From the human T2T-CHM13v2.0 reference genome, Homo sapiens, in the NCBI RefSeq assembly GCF_009914755.1, contig NC_060935.1: DNA of 64,000 bases; one strand, written 5' to 3'. Each line of letters begins with the position of its first letter. The stretch's first letter is position 1. Position numbers and translations under genes: made by a program. Below are positions 44,129-58,809 of the stretch, in pieces. The notes under the pieces are model-generated. The model did no database searches, had not been told where the DNA came from, and saw only the letters and a list, made by a program, of their open reading frames with translations.

Positions 44129-44187
44129 TGCAACCTAAATGCAAAAATACTATATATATAGGGAAAAAATTAACTATCATTTATATA

Positions 44188-44510
<323 letters not shown>

Positions 44511-45072
44511 GAGTCCTGTCTTTGAGTAAGCAAGAGAAGATGGGATCAACTACACATAAGAAGGGGCTGGGCTTTCATAGGATCATGGATAATTCATCCA
44601 TACATGGTAACAATAATGAAAGTCAAGAGAATATGAACACAAATGCAGATAGTAGGTTTGGAGGGGAGGACAGATTTGTCTATCTTCATTGACTATAAGC
44701 CCTTGAACTTACACCTTTCTTACAGTGTTTATTTCATTCTTCCTAGTGGATTGTTGGTAATTCTTCCCCTTAACCATCATTTCACAATTGCAAGCTTCGT
44801 AAAGGTAAAGACAATGCCTTATTCATTTTGAATTTCCATAGAACCTGGCATAACATTCAGAATGAGTGAGTGAGTAAATTTATGGATACAATTGACAACT
44901 GGCTCCTATGAGTTGAGTTGATTTTTCTTCATCTTCAGTTTTGTTTATATTCTCTACTTCTGTGTTATACGTGAATCAATGTGCTCCGTGAGAAACTTCC
45001 TTAGCATCCATCCAACTGTACAGTTGTGTGATAGTCTTCTCATATTCCTTTTTTAGAAATTTCAGGATGTTC

Positions 45073-45720
<648 letters not shown>

Positions 45721-46397
45721 TCTTAACAGAAATTTCATCCAGTATTGTGCATTGCAAAAAGTGTTGTGGAAAATTCTAAGAAAAAAAAAATGACTCAGTC
45801 TCAGAGAACTGAATATCTAGTTTCAGAGAGGAATTTATGGGATTGACTTAAAGTATTTACAAGAAAGTAATGAAGATTGATGAAGGAAACGGTGAACAAA
45901 TTCTAAATAATGTGACAACCAGTGCGAGGTCCAAAGAGTTTCTATTCTTTGGGTCTCTACGGTCAGTCAGGTGGAATCAATCAGAGACTTTTTGGAGCAG
46001 CAGCATTTTGAACAAAACTTTAAAAGGTGATGAAATCAAGTTTAAGTGAAAGATGATAAAGAATTTTGACACCAGGATAAATGGTTAAAGCATGCCAATG
46101 CAATGAGAATGCCAGTGAGGGGAGACTGGCTAAAGGGAGATAAGTAAGAAGAAGATAAGTTTTCTTCTAATATGCCTGAAAATCTGACAGCATTTCAAGC
46201 TTTAAGTTATGATCCTTGTGTAACATTTCATTTAAAGTGTAACATATCAAGAAAATTAATCCAAAAATGATTTAGTAATTGAATGACACAATTTGGGAAA
46301 TGTTTTGGTACAACCAAAGAAACATACTAAATTGTTATTATTCTGCTTTGTATTCTTATAAAATCTAAATGTCATCACATATTTTTCTGGAAATGGT

Positions 46398-46605
46398 ATT
46401 AGAGCTAACATTTACTGAGTGCCACTATATGCCACATACTATTCTTTATGTTCAACATGTGTTTCAGTTGCTCCTCGCACCCACTCTATGAAGTCAGCCT
46501 TATTAACTACTGTTGTTACAGCTGAGGAAACGAGGCACAGCAAGGGTCATTTAACTGTCTCAAGGTCACGTGGCAGGTCAGGGTTTGCATCTGGACTCTG
46601 TAAGT
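46398..46605 (-). mobile_element. MIR
   Basis: TAGAGCTAACATTTACTGAGTGC..TTACAGCTGAGGAAACGAGGCACAG..CCAAGGTCAC. Confidence 0.8.
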
Positions 46606-46845
46606 CATGAGTTCATATAATGTGTGGCACCTCTTCTTCAAAGCAACAACGGCAGTCAGGCAAATATTTTCCTGAACAGATTCATTTGATGGGAACAGAT
46701 TTATACATCACAAATGAAGGGGGTAGAGTGCAGGAGAAGAATGAGAAGAATGAGATGGGGGAAATAGTCTATAATTTGAAAACATAGGATTACTGAGAAA
46801 GTATCATTAAAATAAATGAGCACTGACTATGCTAATACCAGATAA

Positions 46846-48226
46846 TTCAATATGAATATATTCAATATTGAATGTATGTTGAGTATTGAATATTAATATA
46901 TTGAATATGTTCAGTATATATGTTCAGCATGTATATATAGGATATGTTCAGTATTGTTCAGTATGTTCAGTGTGTGTGTGTATATATATACACACATATG
47001 GAACATGTGTATATATATACATATATACGTATATATGTGTATATATACATACATAGGTATATACATATATACACATACATATATACGTATATATGTATAT
47101 ATGTATATATACATGTATATATGTATATGTTGTATACATATATACACGTATATATACGTATATGTATACATATATACACGTATATATACGTATATGTATA
47201 CATATATACACGTATATATACGTGTATATACATGTATATATACGTATATGTATACATATACATATATACACGTGTATATACATATGTATATACACGTGTA
47301 TATATGTATGTATATACACGTGTATATATGTATACGTATATATACACGTGTATATATGTATACGTATATATACACGTGTATATATGTATACGTATATATA
47401 CACGTGTATATATGTATACGTATATATACACGTGTATATATATGTATACGTATATATACACGTGTATATATGTATACGTATATATACACGTGTATATATG
47501 TATGTATATATACGTGTATATATATGTATACGTATATATACGTATATATAAATGTATATATGTATATGTGTATATATACGTATATATACATGTATATATA
47601 CGTATATATACACATATACATATATGGTACGTATATATACATATGTGTATATATGTATATATATACATACATATATATACATGTATATAGATATACACAC
47701 ACACATACATACACTGTGAGAATGTTCCATATGTGTGTGTATATATATATATGTATGTTCAGTGTGTGTATATATGTATATATATGTGTGTATATGTATA
47801 TATATATACACACACATATATACACACATATATACACGTATATATGTGTGTATATGTATATATATACACACATATATACACGTATATATGTGTGTATATG
47901 TATATATATACACACACATACATATATACACACATATATACACGTATATATGTATATATATACACATACACACATACATACACTGTGAGAATGTTCCATA
48001 TGTGTATATATATATATGTATGTTCAGTGTGTGTGTATATATACACATATATACATATATATGCACATATACATATATACACACACACTGAACATACATA
48101 TACATATATATATACATATGGAACATTCTCACAGTGTGTGTATGTGTGTGTGTGTATATATATATTCTCACAGCCAACAGAATGTTTAGTAGTATGTATA
48201 TACTGAACATTCTCATGGCCAACAGA
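46846..48226. repeat. Complex (TA/TG/CA)n alternating purine-pyrimidine array with a 28-bp minisatellite and nested inverted repeats
   Basis: Unit CACGTGTATATATGTATACGTATATATA at about 47317-47500. CACTGTGAGAATGTTCCATATG occurs at 47712 and 47981, and inverted at about 48115-48136. Confidence 0.95.
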
Positions 48227-48824
48227 TTTACAGAGCACTTACCGTGTAAGGTGGTAAAGGTAAGAAAAGAATGCATGAATATGTATTGCCTTTGAGGTGT
48301 CTATAATCTAATGGGGAAGCAACAATTATAACAATTATAAATAATGAACATTTATCCCAAGCTAATGTTATAAATTCTATTCTTGAGGCATAAGTATTAT
48401 GAGGACACAAAGAAACGATTATTTCTAGTGAATAACGGATAGAATTTGAAAGAGGAGCTGGCCTTTGAGCTGAACTTTGGAGGACGAGTAGGAGTTTCCC
48501 CAGATGCAGCAGGAGGGGAAGCACAGTCTGGGCATCAGCAAAGGGTGGAAATGTGAAAGATCACAGAATAGTTTGATGTGAATACCATACGGATGGAGAA
48601 AGGTGTGGAAAAGAAGGCTGGAAAGGCCCTAGAAATCCTGACAATGGGAGTCCCTGAATGCCACCACACTGAGGTATAAGGGCTTAATATTTAGTCAATG
48701 GGATTTGGCTTATGTGTTGAGCTGTAATTTGAGCTTTTTCAAAGCAAAAACAAGGTCCATGTGTCAATCATCCCTGAATTCCCTGTACTTTGTACAGCAT
48801 CTGGAACACAGTAGGTATACACAG

Positions 48825-48865
48825 GATGGATGGGTGGATGGATGGATACATGGATGGATGGATGG
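48825..48865. repeat. (GGAT)n simple repeat at an L2 tail
   Basis: Read directly. Confidence 0.8.
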
Positions 48866-48902
48866 GGCATATTCAATACAAACCTTAGAAGTACCAATGA
48901 CA

Positions 48903-49043
48903 GTCCAGGCATGGTGATTCATGCCTGTAATCCCAGCACTTTGGAAGGCTGAGGCAGGATCACTTGTGGCCAGGAGTTTGAGACCAGCCTGGACAACACA
49001 GTGAGACCTCCATCTCTACAAAAAATTAAAAATTAACAAAAAA
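48903..49043 (+). mobile_element. FLAM_C / Alu left monomer
   Basis: Single monomer with A tail. Degenerate TSD TAC(C/T)AATGACAG. Confidence 0.88.
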
Positions 49044-49869
49044 TTACTAATGACAGAATTTCATGAATAATTGGATATTTGAACAACCAGAAAGAGTCAA
49101 AGATGACTTGAAGCTTCCTAGCACAGATTTTAAGGAATACAAAAGGATGAGCTGGTTTGAGGAGGTGAGAGATATTTTAATAAATTTATATCCTGCACCT
49201 AAAAATGTGGAGAGGGGACGATCACATGGCACAGAGGAAACAGGAAGGCATCAAGGGGGCTGAATGCAGCCTGGAGGGCCCTGTCTCTGTGGGTGGGAGT
49301 CGGGGGTACTCATCACTCTCCTGGACCCTGACAAGCTACTACTAGGGTTTGCTCGGGGATACCAGAGGGGTGCCGTGCCCTTGGACTTAGGAAGAAGTTG
49401 GGAAAGGTTGAATTCCCTTCAAAGCTTTTCCTAACCTGTCCTCAGGTTTACATCTTTACTCACCTTCTCTCTCCCTCATCAAAAAACAAAACCATGCCAC
49501 TCTGTGAGCCTACATGCTCACAGTTTGCGGGTGTCGGGGGCTGAACATCCAATTGGTCAGAAATGTCATTTTAGATTATATAACTTCTCATAAATCTTAT
49601 CATATTCAGTCTGGATTTTACTGGCATTTTAAAAGTCTGCAAGATCACTGTATTCTTTGAAGCAAAAGGACCAAGTACATATACACATGAATGAAAAGGT
49701 GGGATGCTTTACTCAGGAAAAAAAAAAATGATTAGCAAAAAGAGTAGAAGGTGATATGCCTACAATACTCTGTTAAATTTAGCTCTATTAAAAACTGTTT
49801 ACCCAGAAAAAAAATTTAACAAATGAAGGTTTATGTGCAACACGAAGTCCATATCTCCCCAAACAAACA

Positions 49870-50088
49870 ATTGTGTTATTTTGGCAGAACTTGTTTGAAT
49901 CTTGCCTCTGTTATTTGTTATCTGTATGACTGTAGGTAAGATAGTTAACTTTTCTGAGCTCCAGTTTTCTCATCTCTTAAATGGGTTTAATATCATTTCC
50001 CTCCCAGAGACTGTGAGGATTAAATGGGATGTCCTACATAAAATTTTCACTGCAGTATCTGGCACAAGTAGGAGTTAAGAAATGTTAG
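49870..50088 (+). mobile_element. MIR
   Basis: TTTGAATCTTGCCTCTG..TTAACTTTTCTGAGCTCCAGTTTTCTCATCT..GTGAGGATTAAATG. Confidence 0.75.
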
Positions 50089-50517
50089 TTCACCCTTCCC
50101 CCTTATGAGCCGAATTATAGGAAGCTGAGTCAAATTGATACAAAGACAGAAACTAAAAGGATGCTTGCAATTTGTGGGTAAATTCAGACAATCAGAAAAT
50201 GTAAAGGACTGAGAACACTGATGCAATTAGGGGAAACACTACTGGCTAGTGTTTACAGATTTCAAGCGTCTTTCAAGCTGCTCTCACCAGGCCTTCCTCT
50301 GGCTTTCCCCTTTGAGCCTTGATCACTAGTCACACTGTTCTAGACCTTTACAAAGAGGTAGGGAAGAAGAGAATTAAAACGAACAGGCACTTGCATGCAC
50401 TGAATTGTTCATTTTAACTGGAATTTGGTGATAGGATGGCTAGGGTTTCCTAAGGACTTTGAAGATTTTTCCCCCAAACTTAAGAATACAATAATTATGT
50501 AAAATTGATGCCAATGG

Positions 50518-50877
50518 GAATACTATGCAGCCATAAAAAATGATGAGTTCATGTCCTTTGTAGGGACATGGATGAAATTGGAAATCATCATTCTCAGTAA
50601 ACTATCGCAAGAACAAAAAACCAAACACCGCATATTCTCACTCATAGGTGGGAATCGAACAATGAGAACATATGGACACAGGAAGGGGAACATCACACTC
50701 TGGGGACTGTTGTGGGGTCGGGGGAGGGGGGAGGGATAGCACTGGGAGATATACCTAATGCTAGATGACGAGTTAGTGGGTGCAGCGCACCAGCATGGCA
50801 CATGTATACATATGTAACTAACCTGCACATTGTGCACACATACCCTAAAACTTAAAGTATAATAATAAAAAAAAAAA
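50518..50877 (+). mobile_element. L1PA2-like 5'-truncated LINE-1 (3' ~360 bp)
   Basis: CTGGGAGATATACCTAATGCTAGATGACGAGTTAGTGGGTGCAGCGC carries GAG rather than the L1Hs ACA/ACG. TSD GATGCCAATGG at 50507-50517 and 50879-50889. Confidence 0.95.
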
Positions 50878-51111
50878 CGATGCCAATGGTGTGCATTTTA
50901 ACCTCCACAACTACATTTTTGCTAATGGTGCCTTGCTGCATTTAATATGGAAAACATTAGTCTACTTTGTGGCAGAACAGGTTTTTTTAAAACTCTTTAA
51001 TTTTAACCCATTCTCCACAACTCTCCTTACCCAGCTGTTTTCCCTTCACAACCTTTTTTTCTTCTCTCTTCTCTATGTAACCCAGCTAATAAGTGGTCAC
51101 TCTTTTATTTA

Positions 51112-51330
51112 GTTATTCATTCATGTAACAAATACTAAGTTCCTACTAGATTCCAGGCACTCTTCTAGGCTCTGAGGATATAGTAATGAGTAAGACTAAA
51201 TCCCTGCTTCCATGCAGACAAATAGAGGGGACAAAGAATAAACAAATAAGCACATGAAAGAACAATTACTCATAATGATAAGTGCTACAGACGAAAATAA
51301 AGCAAGTGGTAAGAGTGACTGGGAGATGGC
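51112..51330 (-). mobile_element. L2 3' end
   Basis: ATTCATTCATGTAACAAATA..CCAGGCACTCTTCTAGGCTCTGAGGATATAG. Confidence 0.75.
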
Positions 51331-52159
51331 TATTTGCCTAATTTTTATAGACATCCAATGCCCCAGGCCACACACAAGATTACCCCAAGTTTAATTGCTT
51401 TGTGCAGAGACTGGAGCCAAGGTGTGTAAATGCATGTCGTGAGATACTCATTCTCCAGTGCCATCTGATAGTCCCATTAACTGATAGAAAGTCAAGAAAT
51501 TTTTCCAATAAATAAACAGGTATTAGATTGATAATCAGAAAAAAATTCAACCTTATGTCAAAACATGAGAAGCTATTACCTCAAGATCTAAGAGAACATG
51601 TTCATGCTTTTGATGCTGAAGTGCTCTTGGTGACTGATGATAAAGGGAGACGGAAGTGACCTGGATACAAAGATGAATGACCCAAGCCCTGAATACAAAC
51701 AATTTTGACATGCATCTACATCAGATCTCGTACAGGAGTGTCATGCATAAAATGAACTTTCCACAACAGAGATAGTCAAGATTTGGAAAAGGTAGCAGAG
51801 AGGAGCAAAGAAAGAGATTTAAATAATCCAGTAGATTAAGTAACTGGCAACCAAATAATTAATTGTAAATTAACTAATAACTGCTTCACGGATAACTGAG
51901 GCCGTATCAGAGGCCATATCAAAACATGAATCAAGGTTCAAATCCTATACCTCATCCTTTATTGGTTGGGTGACAATAGTGAAGTTATTTAATCTTCCTT
52001 ATTTAATCTTTCCACATAGGCATATAATGCTGTCTGTTATATAATGATGCCTATTTGATAGGGTTACTGTAAGGACAGTAAGGACTGTGAGGACATAGAA
52101 AGAATTTTGCAGTGTTTAGAACGTACCAACCATTAAATGAGTAGTAGTAATTAATAATA

Positions 52160-52465
52160 ATATTGTTATTGTTATTATTATTATTTGAGACAGAGTCTCA
52201 CTGTGTCACGCAGGGTGAAGTGCAGTGGTGTGATCACGGCTCACTGCAGCCTCGACTTCCTGGGTTCAAATGATTCTCCCACCTCAGCATCCTGAATAGC
52301 TGGGACTACGGACATGCGCCATGATGCCCAGCTTATTTTTTGTATATTTTTGTAGAGATGGGGTTTCGCCATATTGCCCAGGCTGATCTCAAACTCCTAG
52401 GGCTCAAGTGATCCTCCCACTTCCCAAAGTGCAGTTATTACAGGTGCGGGCCACCGTACCTACCC
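52160..52465 (-). mobile_element. AluJ (a MIR lies immediately upstream at about 51920-52150)
   Basis: GATCACGGCTCACTGCAGCCTCGAC and GGGCTCAAGTGATCCTCC diagnostics, (TTA)n tail. Confidence 0.92.
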
Positions 52466-52559
52466 AATATTATTATTATTAAAAGTTTTCTGCCTGTGAC
52501 TTCAATTCGACTCTACTAAAGTAGTCTTTTTAGATGAGGTTAACATTAATTTGACACAT

Positions 52560-53460
52560 TTTTATAAATCTTCACATTGTTTAAATATATTGTAACAAAA
52601 TAATTTCTCTACAGTTCACTGTAGAGAAATTAAAATACACAAATAAATTATAAGTAAGAAATCTTAAATATCATAATTATGCCACTACTTAGAAACTAGT
52701 GAGATAGCTAGATACAATACAATAGATACAATAGATAGATCTAATATTCTTTTAGATCTCTAAATTAATCAATTTATAAATATGGAGTCATATTATTCAT
52801 ACTGTGTTAAAATCAGCTTTTTTCATTTCATGACATAGAGCGAAGAATGTCCAATAACTAGTTATCCAAAACGTAATGGCTGACTGATATTCCACTGGAT
52901 GAATGAATAACTTACACAGCCAATGTCCTATCAGTGAACATTTAGATTTCTACCAATTAGATATGATGAAAAATCTTGTAGGTACTCTTAAAGCACTGCC
53001 CTAATATTTTTAATTTAATATTTATTTTAATATTTTAAAGAATTTGGTATAAAATTTCCTTCCAAAATAATTATAAAATTTCAAGGTCTTGAAAACATTG
53101 CCAAATTATCTTTCAAAAAAAAAGGTATCAGTTTATACTCTCATCAGCAGTGTGTGAGAGTGGCCTCTTCTTTGATCCTCAATCATAAGTTATTATTTCT
53201 TTCTATAATCTTTGTCAGTTTGATAGGTAAAAACAATATGATGTTTTAATTCACAGTATTTTATTATTAGTTAGCTTAAATTTCCATGTTGATTGTATAA
53301 TTATATTTTTCCTTCTGTAAATGATTAGTTTAAATCCTTTGGATATTTAGAGATTGTTGTATTCATCTTCTTCTAAGTTTGTAAAAGTTGTTATATATGA
53401 AATAACATTTTATCTGTCCTACAGATTAAAAATATTTTTGCCTAATTTTTCAATTGCCTT
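52560..53460 (-). mobile_element. Old L1ME/MC-like fragment
   Basis: AT-rich with L1M motifs (CATTGCCAAATT..CAGTTTATACTCTCATCAGCAGTGTGTGAGAGTG). Confidence 0.55.
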
Positions 53461-53499
53461 AAAAATTTTTTTTTCAGGTTAATAGAGATACAATTTAGA

Positions 53500-53533
53500 A
53501 TCGTTTCTCAGCCTTTTGGCTAAGATCAACTGT
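53500..53533 (+). pseudogene. 3'-truncated, tailless U2 snRNA retropseudogene (first 34 nt)
   Basis: ATCGTTTCTCAGCCTTTTGGCTAAGATCAACTGT versus U2 ATCGCTTCTCGGCCTTTTGGCTAAGATCAAGTGT (3 mismatches). Perfect 15-bp TSD GAGATACAATTTAGA. Confidence 0.95.
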
Positions 53534-54154
53534 GAGATACAATTTAGAGAAAGTAAAACTTACCCTTTTCTATGAATTTTAACAAAAGCATACAGTCATG
53601 TAACCGTCACCATATTCATCACTAAATTCAGTAAAAATGTAGAATAGTTTCATCACCCCTCAGAAGTTCCCTCATGCTCCCTCCTTCCGCAACTCTTGCC
53701 CCCAAGTAACCACTGATGTTTTCTTTCTCTGTGGTTTTGCCTTGCCCAAAATGTCATATAAATGAAATCATACAGTATGTAGCCTTTGGAATCTGGCTTC
53801 ATTCACTGAGAATAATGCACTTAAAATTTATTGATATATTCGTAGCTTTTTTTTCCTTTGAATGTATTGCTGAGCAGTGTTTTCTGTACTCAAATATCAC
53901 ATAGTTTCTTTATCTGTTCACTGGTTGATGCACATTTTCATCATTTCTAGTTTTGGGTGATTGTGAGTAAAAAAAAATAAGTATTCATAAATATTCACGT
54001 ACAAGTTTTTGTGTAGACATGTTTTTATTTCTTGTGGTTACATCCCTAGAAGCAGGGTAAACATATATTGAACTTTATAAGAAACTGCCAAACTTTTCCA
54101 AAGTGACTGTACCATTTTCTATTGCTACCAACCATGTATAAGAGTTCCAGTTGC

Positions 54155-54536
<382 letters not shown>

Positions 54537-54705
54537 TCATTTTAGTCATTCTACTAAGTATGTGATGTTATCTCACTCTGTGTTAAGTTGCATTTCTGTG
54601 TTAACTAATGATGTTGAGCATTTTTCCTTGTGTTTATTTGCCATTCTTATTTCTTCTTTGGTACAATAGTTCTTTAAATCTTTTGCCTGTTTTAAAAATG
54701 AAGTT

Positions 54706-54852
54706 GGCCTGGTACAGTGGCTCACACCTGTAATCCCAACACTTTGGGAGGCTGAGGCAGAAGGATAGCTTGAGGCCAGACATTCAAGATCAGGCTAGGT
54801 AACATGGGGCAAACCTATCTCTAAAAAATTAATTAATTAAAATAAAATAAAT
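54706..54852 (+). mobile_element. FLAM_C / Alu left monomer
   Basis: Monomer with tail. TSD TAAAAATGAAGTT. Confidence 0.88.
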
Positions 54853-55182
54853 AAAAATGAAGTTGTTTTGTTATTATTGAGTTGTGAGTGTCTTTACATA
54901 TTCTAGGTAGCAGTTCTTTATCAGATATGTGTTTTGCAAATATTTTTCCCAGTCTGTGTCTCATCTTTTCATTCTCCTAATAGTATCTTTCCAAAAAACA
55001 TGTCTTTACCAAGAGTATCTTTTCAAAGAGGAAATTTTTTATTAGGTCAAATTTATCAGTTGTTTCTTTTATGATTCTGACTTTCCTGTGTCTTATCTAA
55101 GAAATATTTGCCTATTTAAAGGAGAAAATTTTTCTCCTATGTTTTCTTTTAGAAGTTTTATGGTTTTAGGTTTCACATTTAG

Positions 55183-55510
<328 letters not shown>

Positions 55511-55554
55511 CCTTCTCAGTTAATTTTTGCCTATGGTGCAAGAAATGGGTCAGA

Positions 55555-55580
55555 GTGTGTGTGTGGGTGTGTGTGTGGGG

Positions 55581-55611
<31 letters not shown>

Positions 55612-55726
55612 CACACAATTGAATATTCATATAAATATATGAATATGCAATATTCATATAAATATATTTGTAATGTTATGTATGTAAATTTTTAATATTC
55701 ATATACATATGTTTATATGAATATTC
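55555..55726. repeat. (TG)n(TA)n followed by AT-rich inverted repeats
   Basis: GAATATTCATATA / TATATGAATATTC occur in both orientations. Confidence 0.85.
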
Positions 55727-56202
55727 TGTTGTTCCATCACCACTTGTTAAAACAAACTACTTTTTCTCCATTTAATTGCCTTCTCATCTTTGTAAAAAAT
55801 ACATTGGGTATAGGATAGGTGTGTAGATCTATTGCTGGACTCTCTATTTCTCCTTTTTTGTCTGTGGGTCTGTCCTTTTACCAATACCGTATTACCTTGA
55901 TTATTCTCACTTTATAATAAGACAACATCAGGTAGTGAGAATACTTCAATCTGATTCTTTTTCAAAATTGTTTGGCTATTCAACTATTTTTGCTTTTTTC
56001 ATATAGACTTTACAATCAGTTTATAAATTTCTACAAAAATATCATGCCAAGATTTTTTTGTGGAACTGAATTGCATCTGTAACCCAATCTGGGGAGAAAA
56101 TTTATCTTAACAAAATTGTCTTCCCATCCATGAACACAGAATATCTCTTCATTTACATAGGTTTTTTTTTTTAAGTCTCTCGTTAGTGTTCTATGGTTTT
56201 CA

Positions 56203-56604
<402 letters not shown>

Positions 56605-57570
56605 TTAATTTTTTTCTGTATTTATAGTATTTTTGCATTTAGGTATTTGTTGCAATGTCTGTATTTTATGTTTTAAATTACCCTTTGTCTGTCCTACCTG
56701 TCACCAATATTTGGCCTAACTTGCCATTTACCTTTTCATGTTGTTTATAGCCATATAGTTAAGTCTTTTTATTCATGCTTCTCCTTTTGTGTGAATTTAT
56801 TATATTTTAAATTAATTACCTTTACCTATATTATTTTAATCTTAATGAAAACTATAATAACTATGAAAAGGACAGTGTTATTCATCTTTTAAAGCTTATT
56901 ACACTGATATCAAAAGATTAACTTTTTAACATTCACAAATTAGTAGGTTACATTAATTTTCCAAGGTTAGAGGCATTGTTGAGTCTGAGATACTTTGATT
57001 GTTTTACAAATACCTTTCACAGATCCTGCACTCAAGGAGGAAAAACTGATAAATGAACTTAACAAAGCTTCAGAGGTATCTGAGGGGAAGTACAGAACTT
57101 CACATCTGTGGAGTGATCAGGTCACTGACTGATCACAGTGGTAGTAGTAGTAGTAGTAGACACAGTGGTACATCACCCATTAATTTAGTTACTGGTTGAG
57201 GTAGAACTCACAGGGCTGCAATTAAAGACTCTCTTAACATTATTTTTTGGATTTTATGATTCACACATTTTTTTTCTATTAATTGAAGACTCAGAGATTA
57301 CATCTTGTCCTTTGAAAAACATCAGATGAAGTAAGCCAATTTTCTAAGTGTAAATTCATACATTTCTTAACTGGAAAAAGAAAAAGCAGCACCCCAAATA
57401 TAAAAGGTATTATAATTTTGGATAAACTATTAGAAAGGCTGGCATGTGGAGCAAAACATGACATACTATTAATGGTACCCTTGGACTGACAGACTTACGG
57501 TAAAGTTTATGAATTCATATGAAGAAATGCAGCTACTAATTACTTTCAGATGAAGATACCATTAAGCCAT

Positions 57571-57909
57571 TGAATTAGTCAGCTTGAGCTGCCATAACAA
57601 AAGCCACAGACTTTGTGTCTTAAAACAACAAAAATTTATTTTTTCACAGTCTGCAGGCTGGAAGTCTGAGATCAGGACGTTAGTTGGGTCCAGTTCTGAG
57701 GAGGACTCTCTTTCCAACTTGCAGATGGCCACATTGTCGCCTTGTCCTCACATGGTGGAGAGAGAACACTGGGTCTCTTCCTCTTCTTATTATAAGGACA
57801 CCAATTCTATGAGATAAGAGTTCCAACCTTAGGTGTCATCTTCAATACAGCCACATGGGGGAGTCATTCAACATATGAATTTTTCAAGGACACACTTCCG
57901 TTCTTAACA
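57571..57909 (-). mobile_element. MLT1A-like MaLR solo LTR
   Basis: TGAATTAGTCAGCTTGAGCTGCCATAACAAAA..GGCTGGAAGTCTGAGATCAGG..TAACA. TSD GCCAT/GCCTT. Confidence 0.85.
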
Positions 57910-58809
57910 GCCTTTAAGAGAATGACACATATTTTCCACTACAGAAGATATTACTAGTTAGCAAAATTTTACAGGAAATAGCTGAGGATTGTGTTTATGG
58001 TTTAAGCAAACAAGATGATGACATTTCCTTAAGCTAAACATAAATGCTGATCAATGGCCTCATTTAACTCTACTACCAGAAAACCAGCCTAAGACAAACC
58101 TGCCCTCTCTTGTGACAAAACCCAAACTACGACTCAAGAATTAAATGCTGATGGTAAATACAATAGAGTTTGGAATGACAACAGAATGTTCTCCTAAGCC
58201 TCCTGAGAAACACAGAAGACATAAAATATCACAAGTCATCATTATTCAGAAAGATCCCTACAGAGATCTCTGTTGCAATAAATTCTCTAGAAGGAAAAGG
58301 GTCTGCATTTGGGGATAACTGACCTACTCATTTGTCAATGGAATTTAAGTAAAATGTAATTTTATTGGTTGGAGAGATTTTGTGCTGCTTAGGTAGAGAG
58401 AAAATATGTTTCTTTCTGTGTTTTTTTTTAATAAAATAAAATCTTGGAGCTCAAAATTTTATTCAACATACTTATACTTTTATTCAACTTTGGTACAAAA
58501 ACAGGAAGAAGTAAGGTAGGAAAGCAACTGAATAAGAACAGGAGAACTAAAGATAAAGAGGAGCCTATTCTCAATAATGCATCTGAATAAACTGTTTAAC
58601 TTAAAAAGATTGATTGAGCAGGGAAAGGAGCAAAATGGGAAGCAAAGAAGGAGAAGATGATGATGGAAGAGAGATACTTGCACAAATGTACATCCCATGG
58701 GGAGGAACACATGGTAATTAGGAGGTCATGAAGCAAACGTTTAGAGAAAGTAATTACATAAAAAGTATAGGAATAATCCAGGAAAGAAATAGGTGTTAAA
58801 TAAAAGTAA

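Noticed and set aside
47300-47500. Regular 28-bp periodicity resembling a CRISPR array
   Set aside because: There are no unique spacers and the context is eukaryotic. It is a minisatellite.
46911-48276. Long ORFs of up to 442 aa in several frames
   Set aside because: Alternating purine-pyrimidine sequence cannot contain stop codons. The Y/I/T/H/V/C/M peptides are artefacts of the repeat.
49355-49380. CTCF-like ACCAGAGGGGTGCC (and CTGCAGGGGGAG at about 18238)
   Set aside because: Three to four mismatches to the core consensus; not supportable without binding data.
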